A stretch of DNA of 64,000 bases from Camelus ferus (lineage: Eukaryota): positions 107,944,001 to 108,008,000 of the forward strand of contig NC_045696.1 of the NCBI RefSeq assembly GCF_009834535.1, written 5' to 3'. Below are positions 63,891 through 64,000 of the stretch, in pieces. Positions within the stretch are counted from its first letter, which is position 1. Every line of letters starts with the position of its first letter. Under the pieces are notes generated by a model. It had not been told where the DNA came from. It saw only the letters and a list, made by a program, of their open reading frames with translations, and made no database searches. The position numbers were made by a program, and so were the translations under genes.

Positions 63891-64000
63891 AAAAATCAAC
63901 TTTGACCTTATTTCTAGAAATAACCTCTGTTAACATTTTCTTTGATAATGTTTATTATTTTTCTCTAACAATAGTAGAATGAAATAAAACTGCCTGTTTG

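Noticed and set aside
1..64000. CRISPR arrays, operons, phage or defence systems
   Set aside because: Mammalian intronic and intergenic DNA with no regularly spaced repeat-spacer array and no long intact ORFs.

Overview
Mammalian genomic DNA, most likely camelid (camel/alpaca), judging from six copies of a tRNA-Ala(AGC)-derived SINE with the camelid vic-1-type tail. There are no prokaryotic operons, CRISPR arrays, rRNA or true tRNA genes. The one clear functional landmark is a CpG-island, GC-box promoter at ~23.0-24.35 kb. It appears to drive a minus-strand Pol II gene: a first exon ending at a donor at 23747, a ~23.7-kb first intron, and a splice acceptor followed by ATG at the left edge (positions 1-3). 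The gene cannot be named from this window. The rest is intronic or intergenic and, by eye, at least half transposon fossils (L1, L2, CR1/L3, MIR, MaLR/ERVL/Gypsy-like LTRs, hAT and Tigger elements). Repeat family names are from my recall of consensus sequences, not a database search, and boundaries are approximate. No ORF in the track is a credible intact gene. I found no convincing undescribed biological system. The best leads are modest: a possible non-AUG N-terminal extension, a possible divergent spliced lncRNA, intronic RFX X-boxes, a Tigger2-type MITE carrying MIR-like filler, an inverted L2, and an unexplained G-poor ~60-bp periodic tract.
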